Source: Raphidiopsis brookii D9
GTDB taxonomy: Bacteria; Cyanobacteriota; Cyanobacteriia; Cyanobacteriales; Nostocaceae
Reading direction: 5' to 3'
Assembly: GCA_000175855.1 (NCBI GenBank)
Contig: ACYB01000037.1
Location: 90,001-122,000, forward strand
DNA: 32,000 nucleotides
Shown: positions 11,031 to 18,992 of the stretch, piece by piece
Numbering within the stretch: the stretch's first letter is position 1
How the letters are laid out: each line of letters opens with the position of its first letter
Program-made: the position numbers and the translations under genes
The notes under the pieces: generated by a model
Databases searched by the model: none
Seen by the model: the letters and a program-made list of their open reading frames with translations, nothing else
What the model was told of the DNA's origin: nothing

Positions 11031-11289
11031 CTAATAAATTCTATTTATTAAATTGTATTCAAACACTGACACTGTGGGTTTTAACTTAAAAAGTTTGGAC
11101 ACATAAAAAACTAATATGCCCATCTCTCCCCCTAGCTGGTCTATTTCTTATTCTGAGTGATTCATACTTCTTAATAGGTCCTTGATGGGAGATAAAATGT
11201 AGTAGGCAATTTGCTTGAGGACGAAATTGATTAGCATGTCTTTCAACTAATACTTTATATTTGAACAATATGTCATCTATACTAGTCAT
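11031..11289 (-). pseudogene. Decayed tandem paralog of the 244-aa gene at 11341-12075 (internal deletion of about 480 nt plus a frame shift)
   Basis: The N-terminus MTSIDDILFKYKVLVERHANQ resembles MTNIDSLLSSYQALSEEHAKQ of the neighbour. In a different frame the 3' part reads QLGGEMGILVFYVSKLFKLKPTVSVFEYN, matching QLGREIAILVVYSISLFTLKPTVSVFEYN. Block 11052-11084 is 30/33 identical to 11404-11436. Confidence 0.7.
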
Positions 11290-11340
11290 AACTTCGCTTG
11301 TGTGGACATAGTTAAAAAATGGTAACCGTCAATCTATGGC

Positions 11341-12075
11341 TTAACAATCATCAGATATCTTGGGAGGTGCAAACCAGGATAAGTATTTTTCCGGAATTAA
11401 TGAATTATATTCAAATACTGACACTGTGGGTTTTAGTGTAAATAAACTGATTGAATATACTACCAGTATGGCAATCTCCCGACCTAGCTGTTGAATTTCT
11501 TCCTCTTTTTCAGTAATACTTTCCAAGATGCTCTCAAAATCCCATTCTTCGCATTCTTGTATGATTTCTGCTAAAGAACATTCTTCGATATACTGATCAT
11601 CGTAGGGAGTGTGGTTTATTAATAAAGGACTTTTTTCCCCTTCTATCTCTAATGAGACTACATGCTCATATCCGGTATAAAATTTTTCATCATCATAAGC
11701 ATTCGTACACTCTATAACCTTGTAATCCATTAAACCTATGGACAACTTAAAGGTTGCCAACATCCAATTACTTGGCTGTGTTCTAATTATATCTATATAA
11801 TCCATTTCCCAACTATATTTTCTGTGATCCAGTTTGCCTAGAAACTTTTGAAATCCCTCTGTAAATAATATGCATCCAGCATCAGTCCGTAAAGTATCAA
11901 CTATCCTATTTAACGCGACACACTGGTCCTCTAGTAAATGATCGAACGCATCATAAATTTCCTTTACTCGCTCATCTAAAATTTGGCGTATAGTTACAAA
12001 TTGGTGTTCAGTCTGTTTAGCATGTTCTTCTGATAATGCTTGATAACTAGATAATAGTGAATCAATATTTGTCAT
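11341..12075 (-). CDS. Hypothetical acidic protein with no domain I recognise (orphan)
   Basis: An uninterrupted 244-codon ORF with an ATG start. Hand counts of two 60-nt lines give about 27-35% GC, against about 50% in one ilvA line. Having a paralog remnant next door supports it as a real gene family. Confidence 0.6.
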   Translation of the reverse strand: MTNIDSLLSSYQALSEEHAKQTEHQFVTIRQILDERVKEIYDAFDHLLEDQCVALNRIVDTLRTDAGCILFTEGFQKFLGKLDHRKYSWEMDYIDIIRTQPSNWMLATFKLSIGLMDYKVIECTNAYDDEKFYTGYEHVVSLEIEGEKSPLLINHTPYDDQYIEECSLAEIIQECEEWDFESILESITEKEEEIQQLGREIAILVVYSISLFTLKPTVSVFEYNSLIPEKYLSWFAPPKISDDC

Positions 12076-12284
12076 AATTTGCCTCCTACTTAATTGATCA
12101 ACACAGTGAACTGGGTAACCAATTCCACCTTAAAGCTGGAAGGTTCCACCTTTTATTAGTATATTTGTTCTACAAAAAATTGGCAACCACCTAATGTTAA
12201 GAATTATTAACAGGGGAAACAATGAGGATTGGGAATATGGAAAGAGCCAATTCGTGATATTGTGTAGTCAGTTGTAAATGCTTA

Positions 12285-12557
12285 GTGAATATGCCTTGGT
12301 TTGTCAAAATAGAAGCAGGACTAGTGGATAAAGCCACCTTTGATCAGTATGTCCCAGCTCATAAAGAATACGTAAAAGAACTAATAGACAAAGGACATAA
12401 AGCTAAAACTGGTTATTGGGCGAGAAAAGGTGGAGGAATGATGTTATTTGAGGCAGATTCTATGGAAGAAGCCCAGGCAATTGTTAGTGCTGATCCCTTG
12501 GTAATTAACGGTTGTGTGAGTTATGAACTACACGAGTGGAAAATTGTTTTAGAATAG
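12285..12557 (+). CDS. YciI-family protein
   Basis: 90 aa with the YciI-like pattern: PAHKEYVKELIDKG, MMLFEADSMEEAQAIVSADPL, and a C-terminal ELHEWKIV. Confidence 0.75.
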   Translation: MNMPWFVKIEAGLVDKATFDQYVPAHKEYVKELIDKGHKAKTGYWARKGGGMMLFEADSMEEAQAIVSADPLVINGCVSYELHEWKIVLE

Positions 12558-12592
12558 TTGACCATTTTAGAAATTTTGTGTTATTATAAATT

Positions 12593-12692
12593 CAGACCTG
12601 GATCTATGCGATCTCAACGCCTAAACCTTGTCAGGACCGGAAGGTAGCAGCAATACGGGATGCTTGTGGTAGGCGTAGTCTCCGGGTTCCCC
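12593..12692 (+). ncRNA. ffs: Signal recognition particle RNA (small bacterial 4.5S type)
   Basis: Conserved domain IV core GTCAGGACCGGAAGGTAGCAGC, with the GGAA tetraloop at 12639-12642, matches E. coli GUCAGGUCCGGAAGGAAGCAGC. The flanks can pair into a rod (ACCTGGA 12596-12602 with TCCGGGT 12681-12687; ACGCC 12617-12621 with GGCGT 12672-12676). The ends are approximate. Confidence 0.8.
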
Positions 12693-12716
12693 CATTTTTA
12701 GGAGTGCTTTACGGCA

Positions 12717-13019
12717 ATGCCCGCTTTTGGAAAACTTGTAGAAAAAGCTTTTTACCTAGGTGTAGGTCTAGCAGCTTATGCCAGCGAAAGAGGTGGTGAA
12801 ACCCTTAACCAAATGCGATCGCAAATTGAAAAATTAGCGGAGGAAATGGAAGCGAAGGGACAAATGACCACAGAGGAAGCTCGTCGTTTTGTAGAGGAGA
12901 TGATCCAACAGGCTCAGCAGTCCCAGGGTACAGCACCGGACTCAGATAAAACTACCCCTGCAGAACCTCGTTTGATAGAAATAGTGGATGTGGAAGAGGT
13001 GGAAGAGAAAGACAAGTGA
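12717..13019 (+). CDS. Small conserved cyanobacterial protein, phasin-like (COG3937-type) helical protein
   Basis: The N-terminus FGKLVEKAFYLGVGLAAYASE followed by a charged coiled region (EEARRFVEEMIQQ) matches my memory of this family. TAGGAG RBS at 12699-12704. Confidence 0.55.
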   Translation: MPAFGKLVEKAFYLGVGLAAYASERGGETLNQMRSQIEKLAEEMEAKGQMTTEEARRFVEEMIQQAQQSQGTAPDSDKTTPAEPRLIEIVDVEEVEEKDK

Positions 13020-13060
13020 TAATAAAAATGCAATTTGTTTTAGCTATTGCATAAAAATCT

Positions 13061-13450
13061 ATGACATCGTGGCAAGAAGAATTACTTGATATTGTTGTAA
13101 CCGTATCTGCTGAAGCAGAAAAGCTATTCGAAGAAATCGATGAGATGGTAGATGCTCTTTTCGATTTAACCGAAGAAATTGGTGAACAGGTTGGGAGAGA
13201 CCTGGTATCAGGTGCGGGTGTGTGTTTAAGTGAGTTATTAGACCCACTAGTGGATTTCTGTTCGGAGCTGGAGGTCATAGGATTAGAGGATCCTAGCTTT
13301 CCATATAGGGTAGAAGCTGGGTCACTGAGAAATCCTGCATGCGTGGGTTGTAGTAACTATCACGGAGAAGTATATGGTGGAAACTTACTAGTTTGCGCCA
13401 TGCACCCTTATGGTTGGGATGGGGAAAAATGTCCCGACTGGGGGGAATAG
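13061..13450 (+). CDS. Hypothetical protein with an acidic helical N-terminus and a Cys/His-rich C-terminal motif
   Basis: 129-codon ORF. The C-terminus CVGCSNYHGEVYGGNLLVCAMHPYGWDGEKCPDW has a CxxC...C..H...C pattern suggestive of metal binding. I cannot name a family. Confidence 0.55.
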   Translation: MTSWQEELLDIVVTVSAEAEKLFEEIDEMVDALFDLTEEIGEQVGRDLVSGAGVCLSELLDPLVDFCSELEVIGLEDPSFPYRVEAGSLRNPACVGCSNYHGEVYGGNLLVCAMHPYGWDGEKCPDWGE

Positions 13451-13512
13451 AAATTTTTTTGTGTGATATGTGATAATAGATAATATATGCTTTTTAGTGA
13501 GTCCCAATAATT

Positions 13513-13941
13513 ATGAGTCATTCCGTTAGTAACATTCTACCAAGTGAAAACCCCGTTAAAGAAGTGAAATATGGTGAGCGAGAAATCGAAGAAGGCAAAC
13601 TAATTACCTTTCCCAATCCTCGCGTAGGTAGGGAATACACAATTGATATTACCTTACCTGAATTCACCTGTAAATGTCCTTTTTCAGGTTATCCTGACTT
13701 TGCCACAATTCATATTATTTACATACCAGATCAAAGAGTAGTAGAGTTAAAAGCCTTAAAGTTATATATTAACAGCTACCGGGACAAATACATTTCCCAC
13801 GAAGAAGTGGCCAATCAAGTACTAGATGATATGGTTGTTGCCTGTGCCCCATTAGAAATGACTGTAAAAGCTGATTTTAGTCCTCGTGGTAACGTACATA
13901 TGGTAGTAGAAGTAAAGCATAAAAAGGGAGTAGCATTATAA
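13513..13941 (+). CDS. queF: NADPH-dependent 7-cyano-7-deazaguanine (preQ0) reductase, type I
   Basis: Catalytic Cys region EFTCKCPFSGYPDFATI and the QueF motif VELKALKLYINSYR; 142 aa. Confidence 0.9.
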   Translation: MSHSVSNILPSENPVKEVKYGEREIEEGKLITFPNPRVGREYTIDITLPEFTCKCPFSGYPDFATIHIIYIPDQRVVELKALKLYINSYRDKYISHEEVANQVLDDMVVACAPLEMTVKADFSPRGNVHMVVEVKHKKGVAL

Positions 13942-14143
13942 TCCTCATACCAATCTTATGCTGCATTAGGTTCCTGGACAGAGACGGAGATGTTCTGGTA
14001 TCTGATTGCGATCGCCATGTCGTAGCAGATATTATAAGTTTAAGTTGAGTGCCATAGTGTCCAATAGATGAAGATAAAGCGGTTTGTACAAAACCAGATT
14101 ATCATTGGTGAAAGTAGCGAACTGCTTGAGGTGAACCAGGATC

Positions 14144-15688
14144 ATGAATATTACAGATCTCTCAAGTCCACACGTCTTATTAGATAGCTTGCTCAACCTC
14201 CGACAAGCAGTAGAAAGAGATGGGAAAACTATTTTTGACCAATGGCGATCGCACATCCAGCGTTCCCAATTTCTCCCTAGCGCCCTCAACTTAGCCCAGT
14301 ATTTAGCCTTGCGGAGACATGACCTGCGTCCTTTGCAAGCTGCCCTTATGCCTTGGGGCTTGTCTTCTTTGGGTCGTATAGAAGCAAGAGTAATGGCCAA
14401 TTTAGATGCGGTTATTGCTACTCTAGCATTAATTTGCGAAGTTCCCATTCCCACATCTGTTACCCGTCCTGTTATCACATCTTTTTTTGAGGGAGAGAAT
14501 AGGTTAAGGGAACAGACAGAGTGCTTATTTGGTCCAGCTTTACCCCATCGTCGGGTGCGAATTATGGTCACCTTACCCACAGAAGCTGCTAGTGAATATG
14601 AAATGGTGCGGGAGATAATTGAGCGAGGTGCAACTTGTTTAAGAATAAACTGTGCTCATGACAATCCTAGTATTTGGGAAAAGATGATTCAGAACATTCG
14701 TCAAGCTGAACAAGAACTTTCATGTCAATGTACAGTGATGATGGATTTAGGTGGTCCCAAAATTCGCACCGAAATGGTTTTATCCCCTGTAGGTAAAAAT
14801 CGTGTCTTCCGAGGAGATTTAATTGTTTTGTGTCGTAGTTTGTCTAACCAAGCGATCGCAGATCCTATAGATAATATTCAGATTAGTTGTACAGTACCAG
14901 AAATTCTGGACTTACTAAAAGTGGGCACCTTAGTTTATATTGACGATGGTAAATTACGTACTCGGGTGGTTGATCAAGATTATCCTTTACCAGATGGTGG
15001 TTCTGGGTTTTTATTGGAGGTGACCCATGCTAAACCCAAGGGGGTGAAGCTGTCTCCGGAAAAGGGACTAAATTTTCCCAACATAGTATTACCCCTAATT
15101 CCACTGACACCAAAGGATCTAACTGATTTAGACTTCCTAGCTACCCATGCGGATATTATTGGCTATTCCTTTGTCCAACAAACAACAGATATCCAACTAT
15201 TACAAAGCGAACTAGCACGACGATGTTTACACGGGGAACATCCAGCGATTATTGCCAAGATTGAAACCGCTGTAGCAGTTACTAACTTACCTGAACTAAT
15301 TGTTCATGCAGCGGGGAAACACCCCTTTGGAGTAATGATTGCTAGGGGAGATCTAGCGGTAGAAATTGGCTATCAAAGATTAGCAGAGATCCAAGAAGAA
15401 ATTCTCTGGTTGTGTGAAGCTGCGCACGTTCCAGTGATTTGGGCAACTCAGGTATTAGAGAGTTTAGTCAAGGAAGGTGCTCCATCGCGCGGGGAAATGA
15501 CAGATGCAGCTATGGCCGAGAGAGCTGAATGTGTTATGTTGAACAAGGGACCATTTATTACCCAAGCTGTCACCATCTTAGATGATGTGCTGACTAGGAT
15601 GGAAGCTCATCAATTAAAGAAAACCCCCAATTGCGGGCCCTGCGTTCCTGGGAGAACTTTTCTGCTTCGGGGGGCGACATTTAATTGA
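14144..15688 (+). CDS. Divergent pyruvate-kinase-family protein (A/B barrel only, ~145-aa N-terminal extension, no C-terminal allosteric domain)
   Basis: PK barrel motifs RRVRIMVTLP, MMDLGGPKIRT, IIAKIETAVAV, VMIARGDLAVEIGY and VIWATQVLESLV...PSRGEMTDAAMA. The last ~20 codons are uncertain (see findings). Confidence 0.8.
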   Translation: MNITDLSSPHVLLDSLLNLRQAVERDGKTIFDQWRSHIQRSQFLPSALNLAQYLALRRHDLRPLQAALMPWGLSSLGRIEARVMANLDAVIATLALICEVPIPTSVTRPVITSFFEGENRLREQTECLFGPALPHRRVRIMVTLPTEAASEYEMVREIIERGATCLRINCAHDNPSIWEKMIQNIRQAEQELSCQCTVMMDLGGPKIRTEMVLSPVGKNRVFRGDLIVLCRSLSNQAIADPIDNIQISCTVPEILDLLKVGTLVYIDDGKLRTRVVDQDYPLPDGGSGFLLEVTHAKPKGVKLSPEKGLNFPNIVLPLIPLTPKDLTDLDFLATHADIIGYSFVQQTTDIQLLQSELARRCLHGEHPAIIAKIETAVAVTNLPELIVHAAGKHPFGVMIARGDLAVEIGYQRLAEIQEEILWLCEAAHVPVIWATQVLESLVKEGAPSRGEMTDAAMAERAECVMLNKGPFITQAVTILDDVLTRMEAHQLKKTPNCGPCVPGRTFLLRGATFN

Positions 15689-16141
15689 TATGAAATAGGT
15701 CGTGTCTGCTTTCGTTCCTAGGAGCTGTTAACAGCTTGAGACTTGACGCTTAAATATTGGCGCACCCAGTTAGTAACATATTTGTCCATAAATGGGTGTA
15801 ACCTTTTTATCCCTTCATAAGCTCTTAATCCAACTATTGCTAACCATTAGATAATCAGCGATCATGAAGGCTTGATCCTGTTTATCTGCTCTTAATTTAG
15901 CTGTTAATTCTCGGTTATTTATCATGCATCGGAGGTAAAAAAAAACCAGGTTTTATCACTCTTTAGATATAGTTTAGATATCTATTGTGCATAGCTAATC
16001 TAATATACTGATCATTGATTTAATAATTGACTGTTCTCAATCAATTTATATATAAAAAATTACAAAAATATACAGATAAAACCAGCCAAAATAGTCTTAT
16101 CCAGGATATATATTAACTAGTATATATTAGGGAGAAAAAAT

Positions 16142-17740
16142 ATGACTGGGAAAGAGATATTACCAGAAATTGAACAATTTCGTATTTTACAATCAACCCT
16201 AGGGGAGCGCTGGAAACCCAGTGAGATATTTGACAATAGTGAGACTGATATTTTAATTATTCCTTCCTTGAGTATTGATCAGCGAGAACTAGAAAAAGTT
16301 CCGGGTTGTGAGCATTATGAGGAAAGATTACTATTTTCTCTCATTCGTTTGCGCAACCCCCGAAATAGATTAATTTATGTCACATCCATGCCCATACATC
16401 CTAGCATTATTGACTATTATTTACAATTGCTACCGGGAATTCCGTTTTCCCATGCTCGCCATCGTCTATTAATGCTTTCTACCTACGATTCTTCTTTAAA
16501 ACCGCTCAGTCAAAAAATCTTAGAACGCCCCCGATTAATAGAGAGAATACGCCAAGCATTACAGATAGATAAAGCTTTTATAAGTTGTTACAACTCAACA
16601 TTTTGGGAAGCAGAATTATCCCTAAAATTGAATATACCTCTGTATGCTGCTGCGCCAGATTTACAAATTTGGGGAACAAAAAGTGGTAGTCGAGAAATTT
16701 TTGCTCAAACTGGTGTACATCATCCAGATGGTAGTAAGTTGGTCTGGAATGCAAAAGAGCTGGCCAGGGAAGTGGCTAAGTTGTGGGAACGTCAACCACA
16801 TCTAAAAAAAATAGTTGTCAAACTAAATCAGGGTATATCTGGAAAGGGAAATGCCATCTTAAATTTGCTTCCTTTAACAGATTTTGCTCCCGGTAAAACC
16901 AACCATGTTAAAAGAGCAGAGTCCATTGAAAAAAGCTTTGTGAATCTACGTTTTCAAGCCCAACAAGAAAATTGGATAAACTTCTCTCAACTCATTTTAG
17001 AAATGGGAGCGATCGCCGAATCATTTATAGAAGGTGAAATCAAATATTCCCCCAGTGTACAGGGAAGAATTACCCCCGATGGGACGGTAGAAATACTTTC
17101 CACCCACGATCAAATTCTCGGTGGTCCGGATGGACAAATTTATCTAGGGTGTCGGTTTCCAGCCAATGAGAATTATAGAGTAGAATTACAAGATATTGGT
17201 TTAGCTGTAGGCAAAAAACTGTCAGAAAAAGGAGCATTGGAAAGATTTGGTGTGGATTTTGTAGTAGTGGATAAAGGTAATGGCCAATGGGATATCCAAG
17301 CTATTGAAATTAATTTACGTAAAGGCGGTACTACTCACCCTTTTATGACTTTAAAGTTATTAACCAATGGAAGCTATGATTTATCCACCGGGTTATTTTA
17401 CAGTCAACAAGGAAAACCTAAATATTATGTTGCTACGGACAATTTACAAAAAGACTCCTACCGTGGGCTATTACCCAGTGACTTAATGGATATTATTGCC
17501 CATCACCGATTACATTTTGACAGCGGAACAGAAACGGGAACTGTATTTCATCTCATGGGTTGTATTTCTCAGTTTGGCAAACTAGGTTTAACTAGTATTG
17601 GCAATTCCCCTGAACAAGCAGAAGAAATTCATAATCGGGTTATTCATGTGCTTGACCAAGAAACCAATAATCAAATTAATCATTACTCCCTATTCTCTAA
17701 CTATGCTTTTCCCATAGTTGAGGATACTTTTGGTTATTAA
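16142..17740 (+). CDS. ATP-grasp-fold ligase, PGM1-related peptide-ligase-like family (function unknown)
   Basis: The C-terminal half has ATP-grasp-like elements (IVVKLNQGISGKGNAIL; ESFIEGE; FGVDFVVV...WDIQAIEINLRKGGTTHP). The conserved N-terminal half (LIIPSLSIDQRELEKVPGCEHYEERLLF) matches my memory of PGM1-related proteins. GGGAGA RBS lies upstream. Confidence 0.6.
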   Translation: MTGKEILPEIEQFRILQSTLGERWKPSEIFDNSETDILIIPSLSIDQRELEKVPGCEHYEERLLFSLIRLRNPRNRLIYVTSMPIHPSIIDYYLQLLPGIPFSHARHRLLMLSTYDSSLKPLSQKILERPRLIERIRQALQIDKAFISCYNSTFWEAELSLKLNIPLYAAAPDLQIWGTKSGSREIFAQTGVHHPDGSKLVWNAKELAREVAKLWERQPHLKKIVVKLNQGISGKGNAILNLLPLTDFAPGKTNHVKRAESIEKSFVNLRFQAQQENWINFSQLILEMGAIAESFIEGEIKYSPSVQGRITPDGTVEILSTHDQILGGPDGQIYLGCRFPANENYRVELQDIGLAVGKKLSEKGALERFGVDFVVVDKGNGQWDIQAIEINLRKGGTTHPFMTLKLLTNGSYDLSTGLFYSQQGKPKYYVATDNLQKDSYRGLLPSDLMDIIAHHRLHFDSGTETGTVFHLMGCISQFGKLGLTSIGNSPEQAEEIHNRVIHVLDQETNNQINHYSLFSNYAFPIVEDTFGY

Positions 17741-17759
17741 TAACTGTTCTCCTTATAAT

Positions 17760-17776
17760 ATCTGATTTCATCAGAT
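17760..17776 (+). terminator. Short hairpin just downstream of the ATP-grasp gene
   Basis: ATCTGAT-TTC-ATCAGAT (7-bp stem, 3-nt loop), 20 nt after the stop codon, with no U-tract. Confidence 0.25.
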
Positions 17777-18006
17777 TCCGTTGCTCGCCATAACAGAGCA
17801 TTATCATTTATTAATATACATTTGTCTAGTAAAGCAATGATGAGAGATCACATGACCTCTATGTCGTTTGATTACATAATAATCGGAATAAATAAGAATA
17901 ATATGATATGTCTCAACTCTTGCCTTTTGACGATGATTCTGTTATGATTAACACTTAGTTGCCACAAAAAGCGAAAGTTGGCCTTCCCTAGTTGAGTTAA
18001 GATAAC

Positions 18007-18981
18007 ATGAAAAAATTTTTTTGCTCGGACTACTCACGAAAAATAGGAGAAGAAATAATTGGTAGTGCAACCAACTACCAAACTTATGTTTTAGTGGAAT
18101 GTCCACCTCCTTGGATATCGGAAGCATTTGGCTCCAAATGGGTGCCTAGTAACCTGCAATTGCTACACGGGGAGTTAAAAAGTAAGAAAATACCAATTAG
18201 ATTGTTATTGATTGCCAAGGAAGATTCCCATAAAAATCAAGAAACCACACTGCTGATCTATCATAAACCCCAGGGTTTAACAAAAAGTTATATTAAGCGA
18301 GAATTTAAGTTGCCAAATATTGATTTAGCAGAGGGCGAAATAAGAAAATGGTTGGCAGGTAAAAATAGTAATTACGAAACACAAAATAAATTTACTAGGG
18401 ATATTCTTATTTGTACCCATGGCGGTCATGATCAATGTTGTGCTAGGTATGGCAACCCCTTTTATTTTCACGCCCAGAAGACAATTGTGGAGTTGCAATT
18501 AGAGGAAGTGAGAATTTGGAGATCTAGTCATATTGGTGGACATCGTTTCGCCCCCACAGCTATAGATTTACCGGAAGCTAGATACTATGGACTATTGGAT
18601 CAACACTCCTTACAAGCGATTTTATGTCGTGCTGGAGACATTAAAATTCTAGATAGGGTTTATCGTGGGTGGGGTGTTTTACCACCAGCATTGCAGGTTT
18701 TAGAGAGGGAAATAATTTACAATCAGGGATGGGATTGGTTTAATAACAAGGCATCAGGAAGAGTGTTAGAGCAAAGCATGGACAATAATACAATATTAGC
18801 AGAGCTAAGTTATGAAAATTCTTCTGGTTGTTTATATACTCTTCAAGCCAAACTTATCAAAGATACGGTCAAAACCCAAATCTTAAAGACTTCTTGTCAT
18901 GCAACAGAACAATCACTAGTTGTTAAATATGCTATTGATAACCTGTATGCTGAATCCACAGCGGTTGTATCTGTAACCTAA
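18007..18981 (+). CDS. Sucrase/ferredoxin-like (thioredoxin-like [2Fe-2S], Apd1/Aim32-type) protein
   Basis: Ligand motifs CTHGGHDQCC (C-x8-C) and SSHIGGHRFAP (HxGGH), as in the Apd1/Aim32 family; 324 aa. Confidence 0.75.
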   Translation: MKKFFCSDYSRKIGEEIIGSATNYQTYVLVECPPPWISEAFGSKWVPSNLQLLHGELKSKKIPIRLLLIAKEDSHKNQETTLLIYHKPQGLTKSYIKREFKLPNIDLAEGEIRKWLAGKNSNYETQNKFTRDILICTHGGHDQCCARYGNPFYFHAQKTIVELQLEEVRIWRSSHIGGHRFAPTAIDLPEARYYGLLDQHSLQAILCRAGDIKILDRVYRGWGVLPPALQVLEREIIYNQGWDWFNNKASGRVLEQSMDNNTILAELSYENSSGCLYTLQAKLIKDTVKTQILKTSCHATEQSLVVKYAIDNLYAESTAVVSVT

Positions 18982-18992
18982 TTCAGAATGCT

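Noticed and set aside
12952-13278. Minus-strand ORFs of 108 aa and 62 aa
   Set aside because: They are antisense to the phasin-like and Cys-rich genes, with Ser-rich low-complexity sequence. The sense genes have an RBS and coherent sequence.
13451-13512. Possible preQ1 riboswitch upstream of queF
   Set aside because: There is no preQ1-I/II-like stem plus A-rich tail. The region is just AT-rich, with GTGATAT/GTGATAA tandem 7-mers.
14032-14580. 182-aa minus-strand ORF overlapping the start of the pyruvate-kinase-like gene
   Set aside because: It is antisense to a gene with clear family motifs. Its translation is Arg/Lys/Cys/Ser-rich with no recognisable motif, so it is a typical shadow ORF.
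17741-18006. Possible fluoride (crcB-motif) riboswitch upstream of the ferredoxin-like/crcB operon
   Set aside because: Only a loose resemblance (GACGATGATTCTG against the conserved CUGAUGAU...CCUAC 3' element). I could not build the P1 stem or pseudoknot, so a covariance-model scan is needed before any claim.
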